The position numbers were made by a program, and so were the translations under genes. DNA of 59,678 bases, filler included, from Sphacelaria rigidula (taxonomy: Eukaryota), in assembly GCA_964200075.2 (NCBI GenBank). It is 6 parts of 6 records of this genome, joined end to end, with 100 filler letters (N's around TTAATTAATTAA, not from the genome) between each part and the next. Parts side by side here need not be neighbours in the genome. Positions count along the whole stretch, not along the records: positions 29,891 to 39,753 come from CAXNAA020007604.1; positions 39,854 to 49,716 come from CAXNAA020007605.1; positions 49,817 to 59,678 come from CAXNAA020007606.1; 3 more parts are not named here. One strand, given 5' to 3'. The notes under the pieces were generated by a model. It was given only the letters and a program-made list of their open reading frames with translations. It was not told the origin of the DNA and ran no database searches. Below are positions 39,018 through 51,663 of the stretch, one piece after another; positions within the stretch are counted from its first letter, which is position 1; every line of letters begins with the position of its first letter.

Positions 39018-39240
39018 TGTATAGCGTGAGAAGACGGCGTGCTTAGAGGGCCGCGCCGTTGGTCAAAACACCTCAGGATCGACGTTTTTCGAAACCAATC
39101 GGGCCAGTCCCTGCAGGTGCTACGCCCCTGACACCAACCCCAAGACTAAGACTAACCCTAACCCAAACCCTAACCCTTACCATAAGGATGTACAAATTCC
39201 GGTGCGGTCCTCTAAGCACGCGGACCTCTCACGCATTACA
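39018..39240. mobile_element. Telomere-repeat-bearing MITE, copy 3 (tandem with copy 2)
   Basis: Same TIRs (left end diverged); separated from copy 2 by CAGGGG. Confidence 0.88.
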
Positions 39241-39753
39241 CCTGTCCTCCTTGCTCGCGCAGTACTCGTTTTTGTTGAAATGATGCCACACACGCCGATT
39301 TGGGGGTTACCAAGGCCGTACTTCGCCTGAAAAATGTACCGCGCTTGCCCGAGGGTTCTCGTTGTGCGTTGGGTTGGGATTAGGCTAGGGGTATCGACAC
39401 TTGTAAAAATGTTTCAACCAGGAACAGTTTTAGCTCAACGGGGTAAATCAGCCTCCAGGGATCACGCAGGATCCAAATACACTGAGCGGCAATGTACGCC
39501 CGCACATCGTCACTTTGAATTCCCTCAAGACGGTGGACAACGACAGCGTGTGCGCACAACTCCGCGCACAACTAGTATAATCCAAAGTTACGGAGACACA
39601 CCCTCTCACCACGCGCAGTGGGTGCGACCGCTGATATCTCTTGCCACTGCCGAAGGTGGGCTCCAGGTCCGATTGTGGGATGGATGTGATGGGAAGTTAC
39701 GGGGGGGAAACGGGGGGGGGCAGGAAAGGGGACCGAGGAGCGCGTACGTGAAA

Positions 39754-39853
39754 NNNNNNNNNNNNNNNNNNNNNNNNNNNNNNNNNNNNNNNNNNNNTTA
39801 ATTAATTAANNNNNNNNNNNNNNNNNNNNNNNNNNNNNNNNNNNNNNNNNNNN
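39754..39853. other. Artificial contig spacer
   Basis: N44-TTAATTAATTAA-N44. Confidence 0.99.
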
Positions 39854-39905
39854 GATTATGATTATGATTATGATTATGATTATGATTATGATTATGATTA
39901 TGATT
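39854..39905. repeat. (ATTATG)n hexanucleotide microsatellite at contig start
   Basis: Read directly. Confidence 0.95.
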
Positions 39906-42900
39906 ATTATTACTATTATTATTCACCCATTTGTATCTACTCTATTGGAACCCTCCCCTCCCCTCCCCTCCCGTCCCCGGGCCACGCGCCTCATTATTTC
40001 AAGTTCTGACAAAGCAGAGAATATGGAAACAGAAAAGACCGACGGCAACCATTTTTACTGTGGAAGACCAAAGAAGACTCCAGAAGCATACGTCATGGAT
40101 GCATCGAAAATGAAACCCCGGAGCGGTCGGGTTGAGTTTGTCCAACGATACCGCGCAAGGGGCGAAGTGTGTCCAATTGTATGCATCGACACAAGTCTCG
40201 CAAAACAGTACAAACTCCCATATGTGACGTCGATCACTGAGAAAAACGTCAATTTAAGTTCGGTGCACGAATATGTCACATCAGTGATACTTGAACTTAG
40301 GCTGGTGCACCGTTTTGGTGGGCTGCGTCATCAAGACTTGGCGAGCGTAGGAAGCCACACTATACGACGACAATTGTACGGCCGAGCAAGTGGAAATCCC
40401 ATCACAACATGTGGAAGCGCTGAAGAGCGACCCATACGCACTTAACGTTCAGCTGGAAGAGGTGGCTGAGAAGCACTGCCAGGATGCTGCTAGACGTTTC
40501 GCAGAAGGGGCTGCAAGAACGGTTGGGGCAGCCCATTGCCTCCCGGTGCACACCGCCCCCCCACTCGTTTACCGAACGTCAATACAGTAACCGCGGCAAG
40601 AGAAAACGCTGCGAGGCACGCAGGATCATGTAGGAGACACTAGGCGGACGTGATTGCAAGCGTCCCGACAGACGATATACTAGCAAACGGTCGACAACCG
40701 ACCGGGACAGCCTTTCGCAAACAGCCTAACCCAACTACAACTACAGTCAGTAAACACACTTCACTACAGCCAGTGAGCGCACTTCACTACAGTTCAGTAC
40801 AACTGAATAATGATGTTACGGTCTTCCATGCAAGAAGACAGAAGGTATGGAACATCGTTGCACGAAACCCTGACGTCGCCCACGAGGACAGACGGTCCGA
40901 AGGGAATAGCGCCAGCCAGAGTCATAAACCTCACGCAGCACAAAGTACGGTTGTGCAACGTTCAGGCATGATCAACACGCAGTATAGAGATGGCGTCGTG
41001 GGAACGGACAGCACAAAGCGCCGGATGGGATATGCCGTAATATCACAGCCTACGAAGTGACAGCCTGTATCGGATACGCCAAGGTGACGGACGCCCCCCG
41101 CCTACGGTGCACCAGGGGTGTATAACGGCAGGGTACATGGTATCCGCGTCACCGTTGTGGAATAATCAAACCGCAGTATGGTGTCGTATATACGCGCACG
41201 ACAGGGTACAGTAACGTGCATGACGTGAGTTTACACTTGAAAAAAGCTGAAAATATCATGATGACACGCAGTACAGAGGAGTAGGTGAACACATCCCCAA
41301 AGGGCCTGATGGTGTGTCTCCGAACATAGACAGTAGACGGGGGCATAACCGAGGTAAATGTGCCGTCGGCGTCGCCCTCGTCATTGCAACCTAGGCGCAG
41401 GCTTGCTATGATGCGGCACAAAGCATCAACTGCAAGGGGAGGGGCGTGCAGGTGCGGCGTGAAGATTGCTTCACGAAGGCCTGCCGGGCACTCTGGCCGA
41501 GATTAGAGACCACCGACGGGTCGAACAAATCGCCATACCCGTAAAGAGGGTACCTTCTTTTCCTCCACGTTCCACTCGCACAGGTCTGTAAAACACGCTT
41601 TGGGCGAATCATTTGCTCAGGCTGTAGAAAAAAAAACATGTCCTGCCCGAAAAACAGTCAACGGTAAATCGTCAATTTTCCATCAACGCTTCCAAAAGGG
41701 TTAATAGCATAAATGTCTTTCCACCTCGTACTCTGAGCAGTACATTCACGTCTGGTTTTTCCATCCTTTATCCAAGTCAAAAATGGTATTTTTTTAAACA
41801 ATTTCTCACACCAGACGCTCGGACTGAAGAGAAGAAAACTGTCACTCTTCTCTATCGTCCCGCAGAAGCAGGTCGAGAGATGATTCGTGGCAAACGGTCA
41901 ACTTTGTCCATCCGCAGGATCTCAACCCCACGAATTCTAGGGTCTACCGACACTACTCACTTACTCAGTGCATCCATGGACAGCAATGCAGTGTTTCTTG
42001 TTTGCGTCACGAACTACCGCCACCTACCCTGGACACTCATCGGGCAACCCGGGGTCCGAAGTACGTGCGCTGCTAGAATACAGTAGAATACACGTGGAAA
42101 GGGGGTCACCTTCTTTTACAGATTTGAAGCAAATTGTACAGCACCCAGGGACAGCGTTGGACATTCACTCAGCAAGCGGACAGTCGCTGAAGCTTTTCCT
42201 CGCGCCCGCATCACAGAATAGTCGATACGGCGAGGCAAGCTACAGCGCAACAAGGGTGGCTGCTGCATACAACGCAGAGTTTACAGACAGTAGAGTAATA
42301 GAGTACTACAGGAATTGCAGTATAATAGCCGACTGCGGACGGTCTGAATTAAGCAGTACCGAGTACATCAGATGTACAGACAGCAGAGTTACTACAGTAC
42401 AGGAGAATAGCGGACTGCAGCCCGTCCGAATTTTCGAAACGGCAGGAAATGCACGATTTCGTCACCAATCCTCTACTCAATAAGCACACGACGTAAGATG
42501 CATCAATACGGGGCAAGTTCGTACATACAGGTGCGCCACAACGAAAGCAACTAAATACTGTCAGAAAAACAAAAAGCCGAAAATCGTCGAAAATATCGAG
42601 AACACGCATGCAGCAGTCACGGACAGCTACTTCCCTCTCGTTAGCGTGTCCCACAAAAATCCACGGGGAACAGCATCGCTCTAGCAAAATGTGTCGGATT
42701 CAACTTCCCACCAGAAATGATTGTAAAAAATGCAAGGGGAGGTGAAGGAAAGCATACCCACGCAAGATCAAAGAAAAAAAAAGACTTCATCAAAGAGTAA
42801 AAGAAAAAAAACGAATGAGAAACAAAAAAGGAGAGAGCACAAAAAAGATGCACGCATGTCTTTACGCATGCATGCACAAACATGGGAAAACCCTCAAATA

Positions 42901-42965
42901 CGCTATACACAGACGCATACGCACAGAAGATATGACCCGGAACAACACCTCCTTACTCTTCTCAC

Positions 42966-45900
42966 CATATCCTTCTGTAGAGGCAACCAGGCGTTTTTGC
43001 CGGGATTGTACACCGCCACATTTTGGACGTACACGAACTTTTCCCCGCTCCACACCCTGCTCTCGAACGTTCCCCCTACGAAGAACGTTCCTGCGGGCGT
43101 TAGCACTGACGTCAGCATTCTCATCGTAGAATCGGTGGCGTGGGGCACTCCACACAAGCCATCTCCTATCTGATGACGACAGGGCAGTCAAGACACGACA
43201 CAACGATGAGAGTTGGGGGGCGGGGGGGGAGGGGGAGCACAAAGGCACGTGCAGAGAGACATGTGAACTAGCGGATGCAGGGCGAAATGTGGGGGTTTGT
43301 TTTACCGAAGTTAAAAGACCGACGACCAAAGAGGATATACCTTGCTCACTTTGCGACAAGGAAAGCGGTGAAGAAAAGCACCCGATAAGGTCGTGCTTTA
43401 CATGCAAGAGGCGGGTAACCAGATCGTCGTCATGTGACCTGTATGCGGCGAACAGCACCGCGGTCGGTGCACATGTTCGCCGACATGTTTTCTCTAGTAT
43501 ATGTGCAGCACACCCTGGATCATGACAATATATTACGTTGTCAAGAAGTGTACTGCGTACAGTATGGAATCTACTGTGTATTTTAATAGACGCAACAGCC
43601 GATGCTGTACGCAGTATACTTTTTGACAACGTAACCTACTGTCATGATCCAGGGTGTGATGTGCAGCCGCCGTGCCCGGGGGGTCCAATGGTCCGATTGT
43701 CGGCATTAGGGTGGGGAGAACATGGATTCAACTCCCGCTAGATGCGTTGGGTTTTTTCATCGAAGTATGCACACGTCGGACAGATTGTGATCCGTCTGAA
43801 AATCACTTCTTCTCAGTATAGTGATGCGGATCATGATCCGGATCATCTGACCCTCCTCTCAATGCTTGCTCTTAACAGCGCCGGACGCCGAGCACGCCCA
43901 GTAGCGCAAAGGTTGAGCTTTGGCTTTTCTGACTCCACGGTCACATGTTCTTAATCTTGGACCAACGGATCCGAGAGTCTTCTTCGGGTAGTTGTTTCAG
44001 ACAGATCATGATCTGTCTGACGTGTGCAAGTTTGTGATTTCCACCGTCCAAAGCGTGAGGACGTGGGTAGACAAAAAAAACTATCTGACTGAGTTTGTTT
44101 GCCGAGAGTTGTCGCGATGCGGGAGTGTTAGTCATGATCCAATCAGCGAGACCAAATGCAAGGAATGTACCGGGAAGAGAGATGGGTTGATTCCTTGAGA
44201 CCAAGGACTCGTCTCGAGGAAAGGGAGGGGTTCGAGGATAGAAAAAAAGAGGGTGCATATACATCGAAAGCGCGCAAGAACGGGAAAAAAATAAAAATAA
44301 AAAGCAAATATCAACAACATGAGAATCAACTGACATCAACTTCCAACGTTGTGCTCTGCCGAGTATAGGTATGTTCGGTAGGTATGATGAATTTTTCACA
44401 GAACTTGCGGGACTTTCGGGTACCAACCAGTGTGAACATCTTCCAGAACTTACAGAGCCTGTCGAGTACGGTGTGGAGGTTATACACACAGAAATCTTTA
44501 TCCGCACCCGGGTGTTTGTACAAGGGTCTCCCGGTACCGCGGGTAAGGGTATACACCTCGTACGGATCTCACAGAACTGTCGGGTACCAGTATGAGAGAT
44601 TCACACAAGTCATACTCGTGGAAGTTTCGGGTACGGGTTATTGACACCCGGGTATATATCCCGTGTATACAAAAAATCCTGCCCCACAGAACACAGCCTT
44701 GCAAATCTATATTTCCACATAGACAAAACAAGAAAAAAAAGAAAAGAAACAGCGAAACAATGAGCGAAACATGAACATTCCAAGAAAGGAAAAGAAGAAT
44801 GATGAGGATACCACGACAAAACGCCCCTTTTGAAAAGAAAATTCATATACAAACGCCAACAACCATTTATCGTGAAAACCATTCCAAAAACACCGGCTCA
44901 TACCTTATCGAATTCCTGCCCTGTCCACACGCCGGCGCTACAGTACTGCTGCTGGCAAGCCTTGCAAATGGTGTCGAACGACCCAACCACGTACAGGAGA
45001 TCGTACGATCTGGCCCGTCGTACAGTGGTCGGTCGTGCAGAAGAAAAAAAAAACGCGCGAGCCCGGAACAATAGCGAGAAGATATACAAACAGAGTATAT
45101 ATTTATTTATATACGTGAGTCGGTGGCGGTCACGAAAAGAAACAACAAGTCAGCACAGCACATGATGTATGAAAACAAATGTCAACTTTTACGTACGTCC
45201 TTACACACGGTTGGTTGCATGTTTCTGATCCCGTCGAAGGGCGAACTCCTGTTATTTTATCCTGTACATAGATAGTAGCGGGGTCAATTTTGAAGGAACA
45301 TTATGTATACATAAAGCGTCGGACAAATCATCGATGGTTCGAATCGTCGAATCCACGATTTTCGAGGCCTGACCGCTCGAAAGAGAGAGACGAAAGTTGA
45401 TCGCGGGTCACAAAAGTCTTCACGCCAATTTCGCGTGACTCTGTTCCACGTACCGGGGGTGCGGTGCAACGCTAAAAACGAAGCCCAAGGATTAATTTGT
45501 ACGGTACGATTCAATCACACTAGAAGCAGGTAATTTTTCAGATAAATCATACAAGGGTAGGACACCAAAAAAATAAGGATTCGTCCGAAAGTCACTTGCT
45601 TTTAGACTAATTGATTCATACCGTATGAATCAATCCTTGGGCTCTGTTTTCAGCGTTGCACCCCGGGTACGCCCACTCCAGACAAGCGGCGCAGCGCAAA
45701 AATTGGGTATCGTGTAAACTTTTTTACCTGCGGCCAATCTTTTTTCTCTCTTTCGAGCACTCAGGCGTCAAAAATCGTCGATTCGGTGATTTGAACCAGC
45801 GATGATTTGTCAGAGCCTTGAAAAACACATCTTGGGGGGGAAATGAGAGACAACTCAGGGTCGATTCACGGGACCCAAGAGGGGAACTGAGGGACGGCTC

Positions 45901-48556
45901 AGGGTCAACTAACTCGTGCGGCTAAATTCGGCAAATAAGGGACAACTCAGGGTCGATTCATGTAACTTGAGTCGGATGCCGACGAACTATTACTCGTTGA
46001 CGGCTCGCTTCGCTCCCACTGTGACATTTCCTAGATGATGACCACAGTGTGCTACTCCCCAGGCATTCCTGCTTTGTACATGTGCCTCTTTCTGTAACGG
46101 TTAGTACAATCTATAAACGACAGTTCTCCTGTGATTGCTCCCTGTGAAACGGTTGACGATTTTTTCCAACAGCTTCGCGATGTGAAATATGATGGCTGGT
46201 TTCGGCATCTGCTATTTTATGAGCCGGTGATTTTCATTCACCGATTCCATCTCACCTTCCGGAGAGCTTTCCCGCATGCCAGACCCTGAGATCGGACACC
46301 ACTCCTGCCGCCTTGCCATACAGGTAAAGCTGAGGCTCAAACCGCGTGTACCATGTGTGACTGTCATGTGTTGTTATTGTTATAATTCAGGATACAATCA
46401 CACGACGAATGGCAAAACGGAGCAGGATGTGAGAGGAGCGGCGTACAAGTCACCAACCAGAACACAGCACAGCTCGGCAACATGGGGTGGACACATGCCA
46501 CTTGTTTACTTTAATTTGAGGGAGTAGTGCGGTTTGCTGAGCAAGTACTATTCCGCGACAAATATAAATTGGTGCACTCGTACACTTTGTGAAAACAATA
46601 TGTGCCCCCTCCGCATCAACCTACAGCACACTAATAATCGCCCTCTCCAACCATGCTAACAGTCTTGTTCTTCCGTGAAAAACCAGAACGCAGATTTTCC
46701 TCTGGAAGTAGCGCGTAGCTTTGAACAACATGTATGTTTTTGATGTCACACTCCAAGAATTTGTCCCACTCTCTAAAAACTCTCCCACACGATATAATCA
46801 AACAATAACCGCCCGTGGTCATTCGAAATCGCTATGCATGGTGAACACCTGTTTCAAGGGAATCTACGATGCAGGACTCCTCCTTCGCAGTTGATGAGAA
46901 CAAAAAGCGAGTCGCATGTTGACAGCGTTGCATGACGCCTGATTGTACGCCACAGTATCCTATATTCCACAGGATTGACAAACGTCAACGAGGGGCTGCG
47001 CACCTGACAGGGTCATACTGCGCCACATTTGTTGTCTTTCCGTTAAGCGTAAAATTCCCGCCGATAACCAAGGCCGACACCGCATGCGGCTCCTTCGTCT
47101 TGGCCACCTTCCCTCCCCTGCTGCCATCTTCGCCAGAAGAGGCAGCAGCATGACCGCTAGCATTCTTGCCTTTGTCCTTGCTCTTCACCTCACCCCCGCC
47201 GCCCACGCTGGCCTTCAACCCTCTCCGGCGTAATCTTGGCCTAAACAATCCATCTGCAATGCTCCCGATAGCATCAACCCCTTCACCGTGCTCGCTATAC
47301 CCAACGTCATTCGGCGGGGAATCCAGGTGTGATTCCAATTGCGGGTCCTTCCAGCGCTGCTGGTGTCGGTCTAGCGCGTCGCCTGCAGCGAGCGCTTTGT
47401 CAGACCCCGGGGGTGCTACGGCGCCGATCGTGACTCCGCCGACGACGTCCCCCGCCACGGCGAGCAGCACGGCCGCCGTCCCCGCGAGGAAAGACAAAGA
47501 GGAGGCCGTGGTGCATGTTGCCGTCCTCCTTGCTCTTCTCCTGACCTCTCCCCGTGCCCTTGGTGCGGCACAACGTTGTCTCCATCGCTCGCTACCGACC
47601 GCAGTACCGCATGCAGTATTCCCTCCTCGTTCTCGTGGTGGAGCCGCCCGTAGCACGCTGGGGGCACCCTCAGACAGAAGTTGGCGTGCGGCGCTGTCGC
47701 GATTACAAGCCACGCCACCCGCGCCACCTGACCCGCCGCCGCTTTGGCGCCGCCGATTCGTGCCCGGTGGTGGTCTCCGCAACAGCCGCAACCACCACGG
47801 CGTGTGACGGTATGTCGGTGACGTGGGATATCGCGTGCGAGGAAGCTCAACTTCGGAATCGCTTCTGCCAGATGACACCGGCTCAAGTACAGGCTGCAGA
47901 ATCAGCCTGCCCTTCCCAGCACAGCCGCCGCTCGTGTCAAACTTCATCGCTGGAGCTAGAGCTGAAAGTGTCAGAGCATGATCCTCTCTCGTGGGCAGAA
48001 GGACGTTCACGCTGTTGTTGCCACGGTGGTGTCTAGGTCGTCCATCACTGTCGCCAACGATACGGCGCGGAGATGGTGCCATAAGGGGAACGGATCTCGC
48101 TACTACAGCTTCTCTCGAAGTAGAATTCGGGGTGAATCGTGTTCGATGATCGGCGTGTGACGGTGGGTGTTTGGACAAAAGGATGGTATCCGCCCCGTGA
48201 TCACCTCTGCTTTTGCTGCTGGCGGGGCAAATGGACCCGGAGCCATCAGCTATCGCGGGTGTGTTTTCGAGGGCACCGAGCACTGTTAGTCTAAATCCAA
48301 TGCCGTCAGGAGAACCCAAGGCATGCAACGAGGTTTCAATGTCGCCAACGATCAGCTCTTGATGGCACGCCCCAGCATGCTCTCCGACGAGCTGCGGGGT
48401 TGGCCCTTCCGAATCACGCAACCCGGCCGGACGACTGTTGCAGTCGCCGCGACGATTGTCACCACGCCCATCGCCCCCTACCGAGCGGATTTGGGGCCGT
48501 AGGCTTGTTTTAGCCCAGGACATCCTGGATATCACCCCATTCGTGCCGCCGCACAT
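42966..48556 (-). CDS. Membrane-anchored beta-propeller (Rax2/kelch-like repeat) protein; exons 48556-47004, 46360-46256, 45009-44904, 43169-42966; further 3' exons unresolved
   Basis: GT-AG introns (phases 2, 2, 0) join in frame: SALVIGGNFTLNGKTTNVAQYDPVSHTW...DLLYVVGSFDTICKACQQQYCSAGVWTGQEFDKIGDGLCG...FFVGGTFESRVW...NVAVYNPGKNAWLPL. The repeated GG(N/S/T)F...NVA.Y...W pattern is blade-like. A long low-complexity N-terminus precedes a hydrophobic span (FLAGTAAVLLAVAG..VVGGVTIGAV). Confidence 0.85.
43509..43658. mobile_element. hAT-type MITE (CACACCCTGGA family)
   Basis: 19-bp perfect TIR CACACCCTGGATCATGACA. Perfect 8-bp TSD ATGTGCAG (43501-43508, 43659-43666). Confidence 0.92.
43674..43745 (+). 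mobile_element. Possible tRNA-derived SINE head
   Basis: A-box-like GGGTCCAATGG and B-box-like GATTCAACTCC at tRNA-like spacing. No cloverleaf. Confidence 0.3.
44361..44670. repeat. Degenerate tandem repeat array (CAGAACTT...CGGGTAC units), probable TE subterminal repeats
   Basis: Recurring (C)AGAACT and CGGGTAC/CCCGGGT motifs about every 50-60 bp. Confidence 0.5.
45315..45818. mobile_element. ~500-bp imperfect foldback element (possibly PIF/Harbinger-type)
   Basis: GACAAATCATCGATGGTTCGAATC / GATTTGAACCAGCGATGATTTGTC, with further paired blocks (TGCAACGCT..GCCCAAGGATT / AATCCTTGGGC..AGCGTTGCA). Flanks TAA and TGA. Confidence 0.75.
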
Positions 48557-49005
48557 CTCACGTCAGTTAGACAGGCGCGCGACCGTCAGCATGACATACC
48601 TGCGTGGAAGGGGGTGAAATGATAGACGAAAAATCCCGCGCGAAGGTGAAAAAAATGTCAATCCATCTGAAACCACTTTCGTGAGACAGCATTTTTTGCG
48701 GTGTGTACAGCACATGCCCATGAATATGAAGCAGCTCAGGGGCGAACATGCAGTATCTTTTGCCGTAGTACAGTACATACCCCACCAGTATGGAAGAGCT
48801 GCGAGGCGAGCATGTGCAATATCACAGGCTGTATTCTTACGTGGCCGTGGCGAGAGTAAATAAAGAAGCAAGAAAAAAGGAGTAATCATCGGTTGTATTT
48901 ACCGCCATGCATGAGTGATGTGTATAGGCAGGTGCTAACTCTTCGTGGTATGTTGATAATGGTTTTATACATTAATACCGGTATATATATATACCGTAGC
49001 CGGTC

Positions 49006-49075
49006 GCCCCGGTGGCTCAGTCGGTAACCTCGACACCTTCTGACGGTTGGGTCGTGGGTTCGAATCTCGGAGCAA
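49006..49075 (+). mobile_element. tRNA-derived SINE head or tRNA pseudogene
   Basis: Clear Pol III A box TGGCTCAGTCGG and B box GGTTCGAATC. Imperfect acceptor and anticodon stems, so not an intact tRNA. Confidence 0.6.
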
Positions 49076-49141
49076 TCTGGAATTTCTTCTCACACCATGC
49101 CCAAGGGTGGAGAGCGACTATGTCGTGGGTACACAACATTC

Positions 49142-49255
49142 CATACGTCGGACGAGGCTGAGTGTGACTCGTGGCACTCGCACTTGTTGGGCAGCTCGTT
49201 GGCCGTAAAAATTAATAGGGCGAGCACTCGAGTCATCGCTCGCTGTTGAAAAAAT
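49142..49255. mobile_element. Left-end fragment of the element at 1481-1905
   Basis: CATACGTCGGACGA..GAGTGTGACT..GGCACTCGCACT..GCTCGTTGGCCGT..GGGCGAGCACTCGAGTCATCGCTCG, collinear with 1481-1590. Confidence 0.8.
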
Positions 49256-49716
49256 GAAACCCTTTGAGACTGGGCCTCCAGAATGACCAATGAGGCTGGG
49301 CAGAAATTACGTGTCTGGCGTCTGCACGAAACAGTGGCATGTTGCTAAAAATCCGCGAGTGTAACCGCAGGGATATGACGAAGATCGAAAGTTTCATTCA
49401 ATACATTTTCAGGTGCACTGTGCGCATTAGGTAATGTACATCTGATGTAGCAAGCAGTATATGTCGCCGTACAATAGAGAGCTTTTAACAGGATGCGGCG
49501 ACCGGCGGGCCGCCCGCCATTTGTGGCTTTGGATGATATTATTGTTCCCATCACCCTTCCACACAGCCCTTTGTGGTCAGGGTGGGCCATCATTTCCCTC
49601 CTTTTTGCAAGCGGCAAATTATCTTGGAAGGATATGGGCGTTGCGGTGCACATACATACAACAGTACAAAACAGTGCAGTACGCCTCTCCGAATGCAGCA
49701 GCAGCTGCCACTGCAT

Positions 49717-49816
49717 NNNNNNNNNNNNNNNNNNNNNNNNNNNNNNNNNNNNNNNNNNNNTTAATTAATTAANNNNNNNNNNNNNNNNNNNNNNNNNNNN
49801 NNNNNNNNNNNNNNNN
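49717..49816. other. Artificial contig spacer
   Basis: N44-TTAATTAATTAA-N44. Confidence 0.99.
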
Positions 49817-49910
49817 GTGGGTCAATTGTGAGACGACTAAGGCAAGCAACCCATGAGATTGCCCCCCCGCCCCGCCCCCTCCCTCTCTCCCCTCCCCCCC
49901 CCCCGCCCCC
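49817..49910. repeat. C-tract-ended interspersed repeat (copy e, truncated by contig start)
   Basis: GGTCAATTGTGAGACGACTAAGGCAAGCAACCCATGAG followed by a C-rich tract. Confidence 0.7.
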
Positions 49911-50360
49911 TGTAAAAGTAGCGTGCGTCTTCGACCGCCTCCATAAATGCGACTCGCATGTTATGGGAGGGACATAAATTTCCTCGCTTTGCCAAGGTTT
50001 GCTCCTTTGCCATCCACGTCATGGTAGCGTTCGTCGTGTGTTTTCAAGTAATTATGTAGATACCGTGAAAACAATTTCGGCTGGTTTCTAAACCAGCTAT
50101 CATCGCACCGCCCGGTAATGCCGCGAAGCCCCCCCTTCCACCACCAGAAATACGTAGGGATAAACATAGGTTTTGAACAATCCGTAGTCCCGTGTTCACC
50201 ATTCTAACACCAACGTTCAGCTTTTTGTTTTTATTTACACGCAAAAATTACGATCGCGGTTTATTTTGTAGGTTGATGACGGTATAACGTCCACAGCAAT
50301 AAGCATGGTTCGGTGCTTTACTGAACTGTACAATACCGTGCAGGTCAGTACCATATCGGA

Positions 50361-50605
50361 CACTTTCTACGATAGCCCCCCCCACAAAAGTGCATGGTTT
50401 TGGGAGGCAAAATTTTCACGTAAATTGAAATGGGAAAAGCCGAGCATAACAAGAAGCTGGGAATTCCCACCCTTGGGTTTGTTCTAGCCAATGCCGCTAA
50501 CATGAGGCACTTCATGCAGCCTGAACCCAAACATCAGGCGTCGTATGACAATTTTTTTCGTGACACTTTTGAGCTGGTTTTTGCGGGGGGCTATCGTAGA
50601 AAGTG
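50361..50605. mobile_element. MITE with CACTTTCTACGATAGCCCCCC terminal inverted repeats
   Basis: About 21-bp perfect TIR. No TSD recognised. Confidence 0.75.
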
Positions 50606-50625
50606 CAATCCTGCTTATATATGTA

Positions 50626-51351
50626 TGAGAGTGTAAAGCGTCCTGGAGCTGCAGCGGTGCTGTGCTGTGCTACGTGTGCTTTGTAGACTGAGTAGCCTAC
50701 CGCGGAGGATTACACTCGGGCCACGGTTTGATCCGTCAGAGAGTTTGACTGAAGAAATAAAGATGTTTATTATTGACTGATTCCCGAAGTCGAGGTTTCG
50801 CTCATGGTGATGAAGAAGAAAAGTAGTAGAGGAGAGTGATCAGGTGGGCGAGCACCAAGTGTGCGAGCCTAGCGATCAGCTAATGAACTTCCAGAACTTC
50901 CACAGGTCTAGAACACTCGCGGGGTATTACAACCGATAACTTCTGATTAATCCCCCGACAACTTGTTCTGGAAACATAACGTACCACAGAATATACCGCA
51001 GACTATTTCTGGAACACTCAAATGATTTCTTACTTGTTGACGATAACTTATGATAGATAGTAGTCGTTACCAATGGCTGACACTGAATATTCCAACACTT
51101 CCTCATATACACAGAATCCAGAATCATCTAGATCTACGAGGAACGTCCTGGAAGTGTTTCCATAAGAACTCAGCATACTTACAGCAAGTTCTGCGGAGAT
51201 ACAGCAACCCGTCCACTAGTCAAATCCTTCTCTTGGTTGCACCTGTACTGCTACTGCTGTTACTGTCCAGACTGAGACTAGTTGCTGCAATCGTCAACGA
51301 AGGTAAATCTGTGTCTGGTTGCTTGCATTTATACATACCATTTCGCTGACA
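50626..51351 (-). repeat. 3' LTR (726 bp)
   Basis: Direct repeat of 57146-57875, about 95% identical by hand count. Confidence 0.97.
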
Positions 51352-51663
51352 CGACCCCTCGATCAGGCAACTAGTTCAAGATAATAGAGGGAGCATTGCA
51401 AAGCTTGCCAACTGCCTCGACCCCTTGGCTACCATCGTATCAAAAGTATTTTACCACACACGACCAATCCCTGATCATGAAAACAAAATACACCAGGTAT
51501 AACGACTGGTCCAGTCATCATCCTCCTCGACCCCTTAGTTGGCTACGTATCGAAAATAGAGAAACAAAAGTAAACACTTATCCGGTGCAGACCTTTTGCG
51601 CCTATCCGAGTCTACATGACTGTTTCACGTCCTTTATTCAACAACTGAAGTCCTTGATCTGTC

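Larger units (their letters stand above)
38709..39443. mobile_element. piggyBac-like MITE, second (diverged) copy, interrupted by two telomere-bearing MITEs
   Basis: Left end TTCA|CCGGCGTTGGGCTACAA. Right part 39241-39443 is collinear with 20405-20615. Confidence 0.8.

Noticed and set aside
39858..40445. 195-aa ORF
   Set aside because: Begins in a microsatellite and has no homology cues.
45849..45962. Three GACAACTCAGGGTCGATTCA-like direct repeats
   Set aside because: Too few and irregular to assign. Likely a TE fragment.
9865..49816. Recurring TTAATTAATTAA motif and any gene clustering across it
   Set aside because: Artificial linker between size-sorted contigs. Neighbourhood across spacers has no biological meaning.
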